Below are positions 60,472 to 64,000 of a stretch of 64,000 nucleotides of DNA, piece by piece; position 1 is the first letter of the stretch, and every line of letters begins with the position of its first letter. The DNA comes from Nemertoderma westbladi. Its lineage: Eukaryota; Animalia; Xenacoelomorpha. The stretch spans positions 31,551 to 95,550 of the forward strand of contig JAUCBJ010004929.1 of NCBI GenBank assembly GCA_032718475.1. Reading direction: 5' to 3'. Below the pieces are notes generated by a model. The model searched no databases and was not told the origin of the DNA. It was given only the letters and a program-made list of their open reading frames with translations. A program made the translations under genes and the position numbers.

Positions 60472-61354
60472 CGGTCCCTGGCCAACAGCAGTTATTACGA
60501 GACTGAAAAGAACTCAGAACGCCGGCTGCTTGTGTCAGGGATTTGCGACGGGAAACGGACACGCGACGGGGTCGAAAGACAAAGGACTGGACTCTACTGG
60601 CCTACCGACTGTTTGGAGCAGTTTCTCGGCTGCCAAAGCGACTACGAGCCTGAATAAGGACTCGGAAAGCCTAGGTGGTTGGGTCTCTGCGATGAACCGA
60701 CGGACCCCTAGCCAAGCCGTACTGGTTTTTGATGATCAAACCCTTCGGGGTTCGGGAGGGGTGGGACGGATACGCGAACGGGTCCACCGACATGACAGAC
60801 TCCTAGCCAAGCCGTACTGGTTCTCGATGATCGAACCCTTCGGGGTTTGAGAGGGGTGGGACGGATAAGCGACAGAGTCTACCGACTGGACCGACCCTTA
60901 GCCAAGCCGTGCTGGTTCTCAATGATCGATCCCTTTGGGGTTCGGGAGGGGTGGAACGGACACGCAACAGGGTCGACCGACACCGACACTACGGCACTAA
61001 GACTAGGACCGAGGGAAAATCTGGGGAACATTAGGTAGGCTAAAATCTGAGCGAACAGTGGGTAATTAAGTAATATACTGTAGGGATTTATATTGTCGTG
61101 TATAATTATTGTGAATATTTGGTGTATATTGATTTGGGGAAGCCCAATTAATTATCAATCAGGGTTCAACTGTAGGAAGTTACATTAAAGAGTATATCCA
61201 ACCAATGCAACTTTTCCTCAACCGCAATCCTGCATTCAAGATATCATTCATTCTCCACAATCAATATCCGGTGACTGGCCAGGACTCTGTGGTCTGTAAA
61301 GTCACGTCTCCAGCATCGGCGTTTTCCCCCCTGGTGTTTGGGATAACGGCAACA
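60472..61354 (+). repeat. BEL-2 3' LTR, right part
   Basis: Resumes at CGGTCCCTGGCCAAC; ends GGCAACA followed by TSD GCTTC. Confidence 0.92.
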
Positions 61355-62223
61355 GCTTCTGTAAAAGGCAGTATAGCCCTCACAGTGATCTGCCGCCTCA
61401 GAGGCAAGAGCCTCATACCTGTTGCTCAACTGTAGTGTGAAGCTGGATCTCACACTTGGCTGTTGCAACAGAGAGGACCAGTCATGCCGCGGCAAGGCAG
61501 ATTTTGTTGTTCTGCTAGCACGCAGACTAAGTCTTATTACCTTGGCCACAATAAGGCGGTGATCACTGGAGAAGGGTCGAAGTGTAAATGCATTACAGTC
61601 TTGTATAGAGCTCCTGTATTTCCTACGAAACAGGATAAGGTCTATCTGGGAATTGTGACCTCTGGGTCCACTATGAGTCCATAGCTTTCCAGTTCGCTTC
61701 TTGAACTGGGTTCCAGCCAAAAACAATCCATTTCCAGAGATAAAATCCTGAAGATGGACGGAATTTCGGTTAACACTATTGCTATAGACCCAGGGCGATG
61801 TAGGTATTGATGCAGACTTGCATTAAAGTCTCCCAGGAATGTTAAGAATACATGCTGATCCACTCCATCAATAGCTGCTTGTAGATTCTGGTAGAAATTT
61901 TCCACCTCCTCTACAGGGGCAACACTAGTTGGAGAGTAGCACACAATCAGAACCACCTTAGGAAATTTCTTAGCCAGTCTTCCAGGCCAGAGCATGAGAA
62001 GTGGCAACGGATGATGCGGTTAGAGATTTGGTCTATTTTGTCCAATGCTGCATGTGCAGTTGGATTCATCAATAGACCAATTTCACCATTGCCACTATCA
62101 TCTGCTGAAGCGAGGGCGAGTCGCCAACCGCCCCCCATGTCCTTAATCAGAACCTCATCAGTCTGTCCAGTCTGCATTCGGTGCTCTTGAACACCCACTG
62201 CGCTAAGAGAAAGCTTATCTGCC
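61355..62223 (-). mobile_element. RTE copy C, 5' part (APE region, frameshifted, 5'-truncated)
   Basis: Continues exactly from 26182 across the GCTTC duplication. Confidence 0.92.
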
Positions 62224-62916
62224 TATCTATCTTATCTGTATAAATACCTGGAATAGGTAATTTAATGTCTACAGAGTAGTACGATGAATATCAAAATTGT
62301 AATTTCAGTGACTATTTTTACTGAAATTAAAATGTTGATTGATTGATGTACGAGGCATCAACACCATGAACTACATAATTACTATTAAATGTAGCTGTCA
62401 TTTATTGTAGGCCCTACAGTATTAATACTGTAGTGTACAGTACAGTATGTACAGTATATCTATATTTAGATCTAATACAGTATTTGCCACCAATAATAAT
62501 AAATTTACGTTCACGTTCTATAAAAATATTATTTAATTCTATGTAAATTTTATTTCAAGCCTTGGACAGACTACAAGCCACAAAGTGATGTATGTATTAT
62601 TTTAAGATATACTAATTAGTAACTTAAATTCATTTAGAGTGACTTAATTACAAAATTGAATGCGGTTGTTGTGAGTTTTATTTAAGCAGTGATCTTGGTC
62701 GTTAGATTCCAATTTTCCAATTCTCATTATAGTGAAATGTATTCGATTTTTCCGAGCGAATCACTTCCCTTAACTTGCGAACTTTGTTCCTACTTCAGTG
62801 TTTGCAGAACCAATAGTTACAATTTTTTGAGGAGTGAATTATGTGTTCGGTGTCTCACCCCATGCGTACAGTACCTAATTTTTAACTGAATATAATTTTT
62901 GGAAACATTTTGTGCT

Positions 62917-63108
62917 CTTGTTCATTATTGTGGTTGACTATGTTCTACGCATGTCCTTAGATCATCATAATGATGATGGGGTGATGATAACTCCACCTAC
63001 TGGCTGCAGAAGTCGAGGAAATCCTGCCAAGTACCTAACTGATCTAGACTTTGCGGATGACTTAGGTGTATGTACTCTCAGAATCACTAGAGGGAGCCCA
63101 ACGGCTCC
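62917..63108 (+). mobile_element. Short internal RTE fragment (around FADD)
   Basis: LFIIVVDYVLRMSLDHHNDDG...FADDLG matches the family. Confidence 0.88.
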
Positions 63109-63114
63109 CTCTAG

Positions 63115-63625
63115 CTTTAACCCAATTAGCTTTAACCAAGCAACAGGTTATTAATAATAGTTGGATCCAAGCCCCCCCCCCCCCCCCCCCCCCCCCCCCT
63201 CTTGTGACACCTCTGATGACTAATTACTCTTACCTATATCCAACCGTCTGTAATCCCATAGTCTGCCACTAGAGGGCGTATTATCTGAAATTAACATCTT
63301 CTCTAACTTTGTTATTTTCATTCCGAATAGGTTTAAACTCGGTAGGCATCTACTACAGCATAGGCCATAACTTTTGCGGAGTCATAGAGTAGTCTGAAGT
63401 TCCCCTGTCTGCCGCTAGATGGCGAAATGTCTCAAAGTGAAAACCGTATAGTAGCTATGAATTGGTACCGCGGCTCTTTTATTTATTAATACTTAATTAT
63501 TTGTATTTATTTTTACTTTATTTATTTGTATTTTATTTTACTTTATTTATTTGTATTTGTAATTGTATTACAAACAATGCAGCCTTATTCGGCCCTAGGG
63601 TATACAGCTCCCTTACTGGTAACTA
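63115..63625 (-). repeat. Inverted copy of the dispersed repeat family at 3740-4172 / 20435-20995
   Basis: Reverse complement of ~20500-20790 and ~3740-3800; GGGAGCTGTAT module. Confidence 0.8.
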
Positions 63626-64000
63626 TTTTGGAGTTAATGTTAGCGAAAAGGGCCTAAACTTAAGACAAGACATGTCACCTATCTCCTAGGTTACCAGTTA
63701 CGCATGAATGATCAATTTATCTGGGGCCCTCTTAAAATTCTTTGTGCTGCATCAGGATTCAGTGATTCACCATTAAATGGCACATGACATACTGTATTAA
63801 TATTTCACGCGTCATTGAATCGACTGTTCGCATTCCCAATATGAGTAATGAACCTATTAATTTAACACGATCTCAACATATTGCTTACATACATCGAGTC
63901 TGTCCACCAAAGGATGTGGGGCGAGACACGAATGGCGAGCCATCAGCGAACTGATATAATTATACTATGGCCGTTTTTCAAAAGTCTTGTAGGGGTGTGT

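Larger units (their letters stand above)
26183..61354 (+). mobile_element. BEL/Pao LTR retrotransposon BEL-2 (defective; carries an accessory exonuclease-like ORF; BEL-3 nested in its 3' LTR)
   Basis: TGTT...AACA; TSD GCTTC at 26178-26182 and 61355-61359; polypurine tract GGGGGGGAC at 39389-39397; gag-PR-RT-RH-IN order. Confidence 0.93.

Overview
Eukaryotic (probably invertebrate) transposon-dense DNA with no recognisable host gene. A young RTE-clade LINE family with (TAG)n tails is present as five long copies, two of them full-length with intact ~1100-aa APE+RT ORFs, plus one short fragment. Three BEL/Pao LTR retrotransposons can be delimited by LTRs and 5-bp target-site duplications (TSDs): BEL-1 4173-20429 (+), BEL-2 26183-61354 (+, inside an RTE) and BEL-3 39720-60471 (-, inside the 3' LTR of BEL-2). 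There are also a Gypsy remnant, CR1/L2-group remnants and several MITEs. Main observations: (1) none of the three BEL elements has a tRNA primer-binding site; instead the sequence just after each 5' LTR is complementary to a 9-12 nt segment inside its own LTR, which suggests Tf1-like self-priming; (2) BEL-2 carries an accessory ORF after pol with a DEDDy (WRN/EXD/Mut-7-like) exonuclease fold and a Cys/His cluster; (3) BEL-1 and BEL-3 share a different accessory ORF behind a conserved splice-acceptor-like motif, and a long conserved Gag N-terminal extension. All alignments were made by eye and no database searches were run, so novelty is unverified.
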